Assembly: GCF_018350175.1 (NCBI RefSeq)
Contig: NC_058378.1
Location: 87,482,001 to 87,546,000 of the forward strand
DNA length: 64,000 bases
Direction: 5' to 3'
Origin: Felis catus
Taxonomy: Eukaryota
A program made the translations under genes and the position numbers. This document shows, in pieces, positions 1 through 11,300 of the stretch. The notes beneath the pieces were generated by a model. It searched no databases, was not told where the DNA came from, and saw only the letters and a program-made list of their open reading frames with translations. Every line of letters starts with the position of its first letter. Position 1 is the first letter of the stretch.

Positions 1-980
1 GGATCTGGCTTTCCTTGGAGGGGAGAGGCTGGGACCGGAGCCCCTTCTTGCCCTGCACCCAGAGGAGTCCAGCAGCCATCTTGTCCCCAGCTGTCCCCTC
101 TGGGACCAGAGCAGTCAGGCCAGGTGTGTCCCAGCCTGGGCCTCGCAGCAGGGCTGGCCTTCTGGGCTGAGTGCCCCCGGGCCCCGTGAGGAGGTCCTGC
201 TGGTTCCCCTCCAAGGTGCTCGGAATTGGGACTTGACACACACTGCTAGGGCCACCGACCTCTTGTGTCCCTGGAGTTGAGCAGCGGCCTCTCCCTGCCT
301 CCCCATCCCAGCAGAATGTGCCCAGGTCTCAGCCCTGTGCTCCCTCTAGCCCTCCAGGCTCTGAGCCAGGTCTGAGCCAGGTCATGGCCTTGGCCTCCAG
401 AGTCCCTCCAGAGTCTCCGGGGAAGCCTGAGCTCCCCTCCCCGTCCAGCCTCAGGGGCTAAAGGACTCTGCAGCCTGCTCCCCATTGCACCCCTAGGTCA
501 CCCACACCTCACTCTGCTCTCATTTTCTCAGGGTCCTGGTCCTTCATATCACTCGTTACAACTGATGCTGGTTACACCTCCTTATTTATCTGTCTCCCCA
601 CTGTACTGCCAGCCCCATGGAGACAGGGGCCCATTCACTTCAGTGTCTCCAGTGCCTGGAGCAGAGCCAGCCGTCCACCCGCAATTTCTGCGGAGTCAGG
701 AAGTGAGAGGTGTGGTCAGCACGAGCCTGACTGACGCCCTGCTGAGTGGCTGACTGGTGCCGGCCAAGTCCTCTTGGCCGGAAGCCCCTGGGAGTCTGTG
801 CTGATGGGGAGACCCCAGGGGACAGGGGGACACACACGGACAGGGAAACAGCCAGAGAGCTTGTCCCAGAGCCCAGGAGGGTAGGGGAGAGGCCGCCCAC
901 CCAGGCCAGCCTTGAGGGCAGGGTCCTCGCAGAGCAGGGCGGGGGCTCCGACGGGACAGGCAGGGAGGCGGGAAGCCTGC

Positions 981-1699
981 CTGTTGAGGATGCTCCAGTT
1001 GCTGAGTTTCTGGTCAGTGTTGCAGGTGGGGACATAGTTATGCAGGTCCACAAGGTGGGGGCGGAAGTGCTTCACAATCTCTGCCAGCATCACTGGAGGG
1101 GGCAGGGGGTGCAAGGTGGGCTGGCCTGAAGAGCTTAGCGCCCCTCCTTTCCTTACACATCCGTCTCCCATGGCAGGAGAACCGGGGAGGGCCCTCGACC
1201 TGGGGGAGCGGTCACAGGGGCCTCCGGAGCAGGGTGTGGGTGCCCCAGGGGGGCGGGCTAGGAGCCGGCCTGAGGTCGGAGGAGCTGCTGGAGGGAACCC
1301 TGAGGCTGCCCCCATCCTCCCCCAGGAATGCTGAAAGGCGAGGGGACCTCCCCCCAAAAGGCGGCCCGTCTCGGCCACATTCATCCTCCTCCAGGGGCCG
1401 GCAGTGCAGCCGTCCTGCCCCTCCCTTCCACGGCGCCCGTCACGCCCCCCGCTCTGGTGTCTTCCTTCCTTTCGGGGAGCCTGCTGACGGCCGGCCAGGC
1501 ACCCCCAAGCCCCCTGCCCGCACCCCCGGCTGTCCCCGGCTTCTCCCCGGCTCTCACCGCCGTCGCTGAAGTCCCGGGCCAGGTGGCGCTTGGGACGGCT
1601 GAGCGGGAGCCCGTCCAGCCAGGCGCAGAGGCCGCGGAGGGCGCCGGGCGGCAGCGGCGGTGGCGAGGCCCGCGGGGTCTGCCCGGCTGCGCCCAGCAT
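981..1699 (-). CDS. SPEF1L: SPEF1-like (sperm flagellar protein 1-like, CH-like domain), 5' portion only: exon 1 1699-1558, exon 2 1092-981; remainder not resolved and probably beyond the left edge
   Basis: Spliced translation MLGAAGQ...LCAWLDGLPLSRPKRHLARDFSDG/VMLAEIVKHFRPHLVDLHNYVPTCNTDQKLSNWSILNR closely matches the SPEF1 N-terminal CH domain. GTGAG donor at 1557 and CAG acceptor at 1093-1095 keep frame (phase 1). Position next to ADAM8 matches my recollection of mouse Spef1l. Confidence 0.8.
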
Positions 1700-2370
1700 G
1701 GCTGCGGGACCGGCTGTTGGGGCGGTTGCCGGGAGACGGCGCCCAGGAGGGGTCTGGGGCCGGAAGGGGAGGGCCGTGGGGTCGCCAGCCACGCCCCCCG
1801 GCCGGTACCCTGGGGGCGGCGGACTTCCGGCTGAAGTCTGGGTGGGAGAAAAGGTAGAATTTTGGCGTTTTCCGTTTCCAGTGTTCATTTTATTTTAACA
1901 AGCACAGGGCCCTTACGTGTTATCAGTTGAATTCCACGTTATTGAGCACACACTCTTTCATCGATTTAATAAGAATCTCACGTCATTGAGAACTTGATCA
2001 ATAACTGTCATAAAATACACACTTTTCATTGCGGTTTCGGTTGCAAGCGCGCCAGGGGCCTCCAGAGCAGCGGCGGGGGCCGCAGGTGCCTCTCGGGGTC
2101 CCGGCCCTGCCAACTCCGTTAGCACTTCTCACAGCGGACCCGGCCCCTCCGAGGGCGAGGGCGGAGGGCAGGGAGCCCGGAGGTGGGGGTGGGGGGAGCG
2201 CGAGGATCCGGGCAGGGGGCACGGCGGGTGGGGTGGGGGTGGGGGTGGAGAGCGAGTCCGGCCCAGTTAGCAGTTCTCACAGCGACCCGGCCCCTGGGAC
2301 AGAGAGCGGGGCAGGCCCGGTCCCTTCAACATGAAGGACATCTGCCCCGCTGCGGCCGGGGCCTGGCACC
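1400..2370. promoter_or_regulatory. CpG island / SPEF1-like promoter overlapping the ADAM8 3' UTR; RFX X-box-like site 1725-1737, ETS site 1823-1830
   Basis: High CpG density. GTTGCCGGGAGAC (reverse complement GTCTCCCGGCAAC) lies just upstream of the ATG. ACTTCCGG at 1823-1830. Confidence 0.6.
1889..1894 (-). terminator. Probable ADAM8 polyadenylation signal AATAAA (ATTAAA alternative at 1965-1970)
   Basis: tttatt on the + strand ~480 nt downstream of the ADAM8 stop, in an AT-rich patch. Confidence 0.6.
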
Positions 2371-2374
2371 CGAG

Positions 2375-5300
2375 TCACCTTCTCTGCACCGGTGGCTTCA
2401 GAGCAGCCTTGGGACCGACTACGCTCTGGGAGGAGGAAAAAGAACCGATGCCGAAATCCACCAGCTTCGCCAGGAGCACAAATTAATCTCACTTCCTTTC
2501 ACATTTAAGATGCAGGTCTCGGCTCATGCAACATGCAGTGGCTCCCGTGCAGTGACAGCAGTGAGGGCCGCAAGCCATAAGACCGACAGCTGACGTCTTG
2601 TAGCCGTTAGACTTTCTCACTTGTACTAACAGGAAGAAAAGGCAGACTCGCAGCCAGTAGGAGTGGTGGTCAGGGAAAAGCCCTCTGACCGAGTATAAAG
2701 TGGATGTCGTATCTACGGCCCCTAACTTTTCCTTTCCTCGGACAGGGACAGTGTCGGGACAGTGTCAGGGCAGTGCGGTGGGGGAGATGCTCACCCTGCT
2801 ACCCAGAGCCCTGGGTGTGAGAGGCTCACCTGTGGCGGCGGTCCAGGATGGGCTCCTCCAGCCCCAGGCTTGACCGGTGGCATCGGGGGTGGGAAGATCG
2901 GCTTGACAACCTGGAGGGCACAGCAGACGGTGGACACCATCTGACAGCCCCTTGGTGCAAAGCTCCCCAGGTCTGCCCTGCTCCTGTGCACCTTGCAGAG
3001 TGCCCCCAACCCGTGGCTGCCACCGTGGGCAGCATGAAGCCCAAACGTGGCAGAACCCCATTCCTGGGCCCATCACCACCTCCCCCTCTCCCTCGACATC
3101 CCTGCCCCCACCCCTCCCAGCCCAGTGTTTCCCAAGAAAAGCTCTTAAATTGCCAGAAAGTGGGTCTTGGGAAGTTCAAAAGCCAGGAATTCACTAAAAC
3201 TTGCATCTGTGTGCTGGTCAGGTTCAGGAGGAGGCCTGGGGAGGTAGGGGTGGGCACTGGTCACCCATCCCCAGGGGAGACCCTGGGTGTGCCGTTCCCA
3301 ATCACCACTCCTTGGCCAGAAACCTTTCTGTCCCAACTGCCCCCGTTTTCCTGTCAAAGTCCCTCCTGAGGCTATTTTTGCAGCTTTACTCTAAGTCTAA
3401 AGTTAGTTTAAAAAGTTACAAAGAGAAAGAATCTCCATTAAGCAAACGCCACAGTAATGGTTGCTGCTGGCAGGCCCACGGACAGACACAGACACGGGGG
3501 TCACAGTGGAAGGAGTAATCGACTATGTATCTCAGAGCATCTCCAGACGTCAGCTCCAAAGGGACGCCAAGGGCTTTACGCAGAGAAACCGCAGACACTG
3601 GCCATGGAGCCCCTGCCACCAGCGAGGGGCACAGGTGTAGCTGGGGGAGGCTCTCACCTGCTTGGGCTTCAGTTCAGGGAGGGGCTTGGCAGGCGGAGCA
3701 GGTCTGAGCTGGTGGGAAGGAGGGGCAGCGATCAGACTAGGCCTGAGCTCGGCCCACCTAGGCCCCAGGTCTAGCACTCGTGCTGTCCCTCCGGGCTGGG
3801 CCATCAGCCCTCCTGAGATCCCCGCCCACCAGATCCAGTCCCCAGATGGCCTGGCTGCTGGGGCCCACCGCTGCTCACCTGGTCTGGGGGCGGCCAGGTA
3901 TACACAGGAACTGTGGGGGGGGGTTTGGACGTGGCGGCTGGAGGCTGTAGGGAACGGACAGGTAGCCTGGGTCTCACAGGAGGGCTGCCTGCCTCCAGCT
4001 GCGCTCCCAGCGCAGGACCCAAGGTTCCCACCCCTCCCAGAGCAAGAGTAAAGTGTGCGTGGAGGGCTCTCCCTCACCCCGCTGCCCAGCAAGGCCTGAG
4101 CCCGGCTGTGCCTCCCATGCTCCCTTTCCTCAGCCTTGTAGGGGGCTCGGAGGGGGTGGACAGCAACAGAGGGGATCTGGGCCTTAACACCTTCTGACTG
4201 ACCGTGCAGAGGCCAAGAGTCTCAGGTTCAAGTTCAAGCTCCAGTTCTGTCACTGGCTCACATAGGTTCTCAGACTGCAGGCCCTAAAGCCTGCCTCTGC
4301 TCTGCGGGCCAGCTCTAAGCCCCGTTGTGAGGGATGGGGCGGCCTCCAAAGCCCATCGGGGACAGCGGGATGCAGTGCTTACAGCAGGGGGCGGCTGCTT
4401 GGGGGTCGCCCTGGGGACCGCGGGTCTGGCGGGCTGGCTGGGGTGGTGGGGGGGGCCCGGAGCCCCACCCTTGGCTGGCACACCACGCCCCTCGTGGAAC
4501 AGGGGGTTGGAGAGCCCAATGGCGGTCTTGGGTGCTGCAGTCCTGGGGAGAAAGCAAGACTGGTCACTGTGTCCTGGCCTCAGGGTCTGACCCAGGGACC
4601 CAGGGGCTCCTAGCGTGTCCTGCACCCAGCAAAATGGGGTGAGGTCCCACGGCAGCTCGGACCCTGGCTGGTACGGGCCGGCTTCTGCAAGCCCACGTCA
4701 TCCCACGTGTTCTGGTGCCAGCAGGGGTTGAGGGGTTGTGTGGGGGGACAGAGGGGCAGACCATCCACCTGTCACCAAAGGTCATCACCTGTTCCCCCCA
4801 CCTAGTGAGAGGCAGAGGCCCCAAAGCCCTCTCCGGGAAGGGCTATGTTTCTTCTTCCTCAAACAGCAGCGGGCATTTCCCAACTGTGAGCAGAAGGTCT
4901 CCCTGCACATGACAACGTGTGTGTTGCAACCCCAGAGCAGGCTCACCCCCAAGGGTTGCGGCCCGAGGCCTTTCGGTAGATGACTGCACCTGCCAGGAGG
5001 GCCAGAGCCACCAGGAGCACCGCAGGCACCAGCACGACCATCAGGAGGCTCCTGGACCCTGGAGGGGTGCACAAGGCCAGAGGGTAGTGAGGGCTGGGAG
5101 GGCCAGTGAACCCAGAACCCTGGGACCCTCCCTAGAGCCCAGGGCCTGTCTGAGGACCCTCAGCCCAGAGACCCAGTACATTACAACAGCACTCCAGGCT
5201 CTCAGATGATGAGTTGGAGGGCTTAGTGGTGGCTGGCCCCGGGCCCACAGTGACATGAGCCAGGTCTGGCCAGGCCCTGGAGGGGGTGGTGCTGTGGCCG

Positions 5301-8300
5301 GCTACACGCACAGTGGTTGCTGCAGAGGAAGACACGGTGGCAGTGGGGGCCCACAGACTCAGAAGGGGGCTGAGGACCCAGCAAAGGGGCGAGCGCTTCC
5401 TGTCACTGCTCCTGTGCCCTCCCTCTAGGATGGGCCTCTCGTCTGTCTCATTGGGGCCCAGGTGGCCACACAGGCCCAGACCTGTGGGGCCAGAAAGCGC
5501 GGGGTTGAATCTAACAATGCCTGGAGGGACCTGTGGGCACATGGTGTCCTTGTCAGCCCTGCCCATGTGGCCTGGACCCCGTCAGGCTGTACAGGCATGC
5601 GGGCCCCAAGGCGGCCGGGCGTACCTGTGTGCACGGAGGGCAGCAGCTCTGTGCAGTGGGGTGGTGCCCAGCCCGGGTGGCACTGGCACTCCTCCTTGTG
5701 GTTGCACACCTGGGGGTGAGTGGGGGTCAGGGCCAGGCCTCAGGCCCAGGAGGGGCTCTGCTGCGGCTCCCACTGATGGAGGACAGGCCGAGCTCACCCA
5801 CAAGCTGCCACCACCAAGGCCGAGGGAACATGCTGACAACAGAGGAGGGCCCTGCTTCCCAGCACCGCATGCGCGGGAGGCGCAGGCCGGGCAGCTTCTT
5901 GTGGGCCGTTCTCGGGGCCCACCCCCAGGCCTCCCTGAGACGGGAGCCCCCAAGGGGGGCGCTCCAGCCCCCTGTTTCAAGCTCTGGGTCCCAGCATCAC
6001 CACACAGGTTACTGAGAACTGACCACAGTAGCCACATTTCACAGCGGGTCATTTCAACCACAAGCAGCCCACAGCTTCCCCAGCACGACTGCTCTGGGCC
6101 TCAGTGCTCACGTGGGACGCCCAGATCCCCACCAGCTCAGTCCCTCAGCTGCGGGCACCGCCACCCGGGTGCTGGCCCCGTCCCCCTGTTCACCTGGGCT
6201 CATCTTGAGCACCGCCTACCAGTCTCCTTCAGCCCCAAAAGGCAGGTGGCGGGATGTCCCGTGGACTCACGTACCCCATGGTTGTTGCACTGGGCGGAGC
6301 AGTTTCTGGATCTGTAAACTTGCAGGTGCTCGCAGCGTCCTTTCCAGCAAATCTGGAGGGCAGGGAGTGTCTCCTCGGGCAGCCATTCTAGGGCTGCTTC
6401 AAGCCCCTGTACCCCAACTTCTAACGTCGGCTGAAGCTGCCCCACAGCCTGCCCGGTGAGCTTTGGGGGAGATTGGCTGTGGTCCCGGCATCCAGGCTTG
6501 GTGTATGTGCCCTCTGCCAGCTGGCCGGCCAGCCCACCAGGGCCGGAGGACTGGCCCCACACTTCTAGGGGTGCGGTGGGTGCCTTGGGGGGACTTGCCC
6601 AAGAGAAAGGTGAACAAACCACATGAACAAAAGACAGAGTCCCTGTGCACAGTCCTTGGATCACAAGTTTAGGACCTGTGGGTCCAGCAGCCTGACTGCC
6701 ATGTGGGACACGTCCGGGCTCACAGCCCTCAAAACCCCTAAAAGCTGCAGCCAGCTGATGTGCCCTCCAGCAAACGGGGTCGGGGGGCTCTGGGCGCTCA
6801 CCCTCTCCTCGCCACACTTGGTGCCTTCGGGCACTGGCTCGTAGCCAACACCTTCCTCCAGGACGAGGGCCTGGCAAGCAGCCGAGGAGGAGGTGAGGGT
6901 GCAGGAGCTCTGCTCTGGGGGTTTCTGTCCCCCCTCACAGTACAGGACGCCACACCTGTTGACCCTGTGCAAGAGGAACATGCCATGCTCTGCTGGGTCT
7001 CCTGTCTGGTGCGTGCTGACCCCACCCCCCCTTAGGAGGACCGGGGGAGCTGCGGGAAACGAGGTCCAGAACCCTTGGACAGGCTGTGGGGTCCACTGAT
7101 GGGTACTCCACCAAAAGGCAGGCTGGGCCCCCTGGAGAACGCCCTGACTCGGTCCCCGGGCAGCCCTGCTTACAGGGACATCCCGTGGTCCCGGACCCAG
7201 GGCAGTCAGGCTACAACCGCTCACCTGCTGGAGCCAAGGGGGATCCTACCCCTACAGTCGGGCGAGATGCTGTAGGTGTAGCATGTTTCCACGGCAGCCC
7301 GTGAGCCTGTGGGGGCAGGAGGAGGTCAGTCCTCCCGCTCAGGACCCGCGGCCGCCCGTGGGCCTGGGGGCCCCTGCCTCACCTGGCCCCCACAGGTCCT
7401 GGCACCTCTGGGCCAGCGTGGGGCAGGCTCCGTTGTAGCAGTAGCCCCCCGGGCAGGGTGTGCCGTTCTCCTGGAAGGCGTCCTCTGGGCACCCCGGCTG
7501 CTGGCCGTCACAGTGCTCCTCAAGGTCACATGCGTCCTTTGGGTGACGGCACAGCTCACCGGCGGGTGTCACCTGCCCGGAAGAGCAGAGCTCACCTGGG
7601 GAACACAGGCCCGCAAACAGACCCGTGCCTCCCGCGCTGGCAGGCACGTACCCGGGGCCCTTCCCACCCTCTGACCTGCGGGCACAGCCGGGCTGGGGCG
7701 GGAGGTGTCGCACTCACCCTGCACTCCCGGCAGCAGGCGCCCTGTGCGCACTCGGCCCCGTGGGCCAGCCGGCAGGTGGTGGCGTTACAGCAGGGGTTCC
7801 GACAGTCCTGGAGGGCAGGGCCGGACACAGCAAAGGTCAGAGTGGGCTCCAGGTGGACCCCAGGACCCCCTCCCCAGCAGCCCCTGAGGGTGGTGACGAG
7901 CGTCGGCGAACAAGAGCGTTTTCTGCCGTGTGGCTGTGGCGCGCGGGGCACCTGGTGGGTCAGGCGTGGACGCCCCCGCTTGCAGGACGGAGACGGGGGC
8001 CTGTGTACCTGGGGTGGGCCGCAGTCACACTGCTCCCCACGTTCCACGAACCAGTTCCCACACACGGGGTCGCCCACCAGCCGGCCAGGGTCTGGGGCGT
8101 TGTCCAGGCAGCCCGTCCGGGGCTTCTCCACGAACAGCTCCAGGTCGGCACGGCTGCACTGGCTGAACATTCTGGGGAACTTGACGCTGGGGGAGGGGGG
8201 TGACTCTGTCAGGGGGTGCGGGGGGGGGCACCGGGACACCCCGCTCCGCAGGCAGACCTGGGCCTCACCCGATGCTGGCCGCCATGACGCAGCCGCCACC

Positions 8301-11300
8301 TTCCCGCGGCACGGGACAGTAGCAGCCTTGAATGTTCTCATCATGGGCCATGCCCAGGTTGTGGCCCATCTCGTGGGCCATGGTGGACGCCACACCGATG
8401 GGGTTCTGGTGGTGGTCCTACGGGGAGAGGCTGTGCTGGCTGGTGCTGCCTGCACCACCTTGACCCCTGCCCGCGCCCCACCCCCACTGCCCCAGGTAAG
8501 GCTGGGTGCTGGGCGCGGCCTCCTGCCAACCAGGCTTCTTAAAGCTTCAACCCATCCTCCAGGGGAGGTGGCCATCCAGGTGTTCCAGCCCATGTGGATG
8601 GCTCGGGGACGAGCATGTGGACCTAGGTCCTCGGGGCTCCCCTTCATGCACTCTGCTCCAGCTCTGAACCGGGCTCCCCACCCAGAAGCCAGCAAGCCTA
8701 GGCCAGATCCCCTGCACACCTAGGTCCTCGGGGCTCCCCTTCATGCACTCTGCTCCAGCTCTGAACCGGGCTCCCCACCCAGAAGCCAGCAAGCCTAGGC
8801 CAGATCCCCTGCACACCTGGTTCACAGCCCCTGAGCCCCGGGAGCACATGGACGACACCTTGGCCAGTCCCACGGTGGTCCCGGTGAAGTCGACCCCGCT
8901 GGAAACAAGAGGCGTGCGTGGACATGGATGCCCTGAAAGCTGCCTCCCTCCCGCGTGCCCCTCGTTCTCACACAGCCCTCTCTGGCTGCAAGGGCCCAGC
9001 TCTCTGCGTCCACTGCCCACATACGTGATCAGCTGCGCGTTGTCGTGCTGGTAACGCCCCGCCAGTTTCTGCGCCCGCCAGGTGAGGAAGTTCTCCAGTG
9101 TGGTGTTGGCGTGGGAGCTCACGTGAATCCCGTCCCCGTGGTTCCAGATCTCCAGGCCCACCAGGACCACACGGACATTGAGCTCCTGATAAAGCTTCGG
9201 GCAGAGAACCCCTTGGTCAAGCTCAGGGACGGCAAGGGCCAAAGACACAGAGGCCACTCCCTGCTCACCTAGCCCAGCAGCCCACCACCTGCTGGCCGTG
9301 CCCCCCCATCTCTACAACCAGGGTTTCTACCGAGCTGGGAGGGAGCGGCCCCCACCTTGTCCACATGGTTCACCACCTCCAGCACCCGCCTGCGTACAGC
9401 CTCTCTGCTCCCCAACAGCTGGAACTGAAGGACGGCAGACCGTCAGGTGCACGCAGCCCCCTGGCCTGCCCCAGCCCCTGCCCCGGCCCCCGCCCCCGCG
9501 CCCCACCCCGCACTACCTCTGTACTGTCCGTGACCACGTACAGCTCCACGTAGCGGGTTTCCCGGGGCAGCAGCCAGTTCTGCGGGCACAAGAAGCTGGT
9601 CAGCCGCCCCAGCCACCGCCCTGCTGACCTAGGCCCAGTCTTCACATACCGACCCTGTCCCAGGGACCTGGAGCTGGCACCAGCCCCCTGCTCACTCCTG
9701 GGGGAACCGTCCAGGAGGCTCCAGTGCAGACCAGAGCTATCTCTGCAGCTGCTGGTGGAGCCAGGTCCAGGCCCACTGGCCATGGGGACTGCTCGGAGAC
9801 ACCCTGACTACGGGGATGGTGGACAGAACCCTCACTCAGCTTCAGCTGACTACACTGCAGTCTAGGGGACACACAGCCCCAGCAGACAGGAGATGATGAA
9901 GCTGGGGGGGGGGGTGGCGCCCGCTCACCCGGGGCCTGAAGGCTGCTGAGATCCGAGGCCCCAAGGCCTTCTCCAAGCTGGAATCGCTGACCCCGCAGGT
10001 CCCGGCCTTCTGCTGCAGGTGCTCTGCCTGGTACAGCGCATGTCGCCCCTCTTCACTGGCCCCATCCAGGGGCTCAATCAGGTGGACAGTCGAGCCAGCC
10101 CGGAAAAAGCCCCTGAGGGCGGAAGGAAGCCAGCAGGTTCCAAATTAGCACATTTCCCCCACCCCATGCCCATCTGGGGAGGACAAACCCTTGCAGGACA
10201 GAAGGCCTCCTTCTGGTGCCCGAGGACACAGGCCCCCCAGGGAAGTGGTACACTGGGGACAGCACCCACAGCCCTAGGAGAGCTGCGTAGCTTAGGGGAC
10301 CTGTGACTTCTAACAGGACAGACACCCGTGTGCAGAAAGGCTGCCATGTGAAGCCCCGCTTTCCTTGGCCTCGGTTTACCTCCCTGGAGCATGTGGGGGA
10401 GGGCTGAGGCACTGATGTGCTGACACCCCCCCCCCCCGGGTGTGCAATGCCCACCCACCTGAGGCCGGCACAGGTGCTGAGGCTGGCGGCAGAATGCTCG
10501 TGCCCCTCCACGTGGCCCTGGTAGAAGCAGTGATCCTGCAGGAGATGGGAGGGTAAGTGGTGCACAGCCCTGTGCTCCCTCTGCCCACCACCGTCCTTGG
10601 GGGGCGCCGCCCAGGGGCCTGTACCTGCCTCTGTGGCTGCTCCGCCACTTGGGAGCCGTTGGCCATGCTGTAGGTCTCCGTGTAGCCGGAGCCCACCAGC
10701 TCCCTGGAAAAGAGCCACCAGGTGCTGGGGGCATGGGTGGGACGGGCGTGGTCGTGCTGAGACCCTGCAGGCCCGGCCTCCACTTACCTGTTCTTCCGCA
10801 AGTGCAGGGTGAAGTTGTGCCCTTGGGCCCCAAGGACATAGCTCACACTCTCCGGGTACCGGTCCTGAGGCAGGGGAGAGGGAGGGGTCCAGGGTGAGGG
10901 GAGCACCCCACCTCAAACCTGGGGGCAGTGGAGCTCGGCTGGGTGGGGATGCTGCCCAAGTCCGGAGTACTCTGAAACCTGAAAGACCCTCAGAGGAGGC
11001 CTCGGGGTCATTCAGAGTCAAGCCGGTATTACGAGGTTGGGGCTCTAGATCTCATTTTCCCCATCGGTCCACACAAGGGTAATGACTGGGATCCCCTTCC
11101 CCAGGAAGCAGGGGGAGGGGAGACAGAGACACAGCCCCACCAGACTGCCCTTAGAACCACTGCAGCAGAGGAGGTGGGGGCAGGGCCCATGAGGGGGCAC
11201 CCCAGGGGAGAGCCCCGGCCCGCTGACCTCGCTGACCTTGGAACCGCCCCCAGGGTGTACCGCCCCCAGGGTGGGATGAGGGCCCAGGGTGGGGGAAGGC

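Noticed and set aside
716-1888. 390-aa single ORF covering the SPEF1-like gene
   Set aside because: Only two segments are SPEF1-like and the sequence between them is bounded by GT-AG sites; the intervening 465-nt intron simply happens to be open and in frame.
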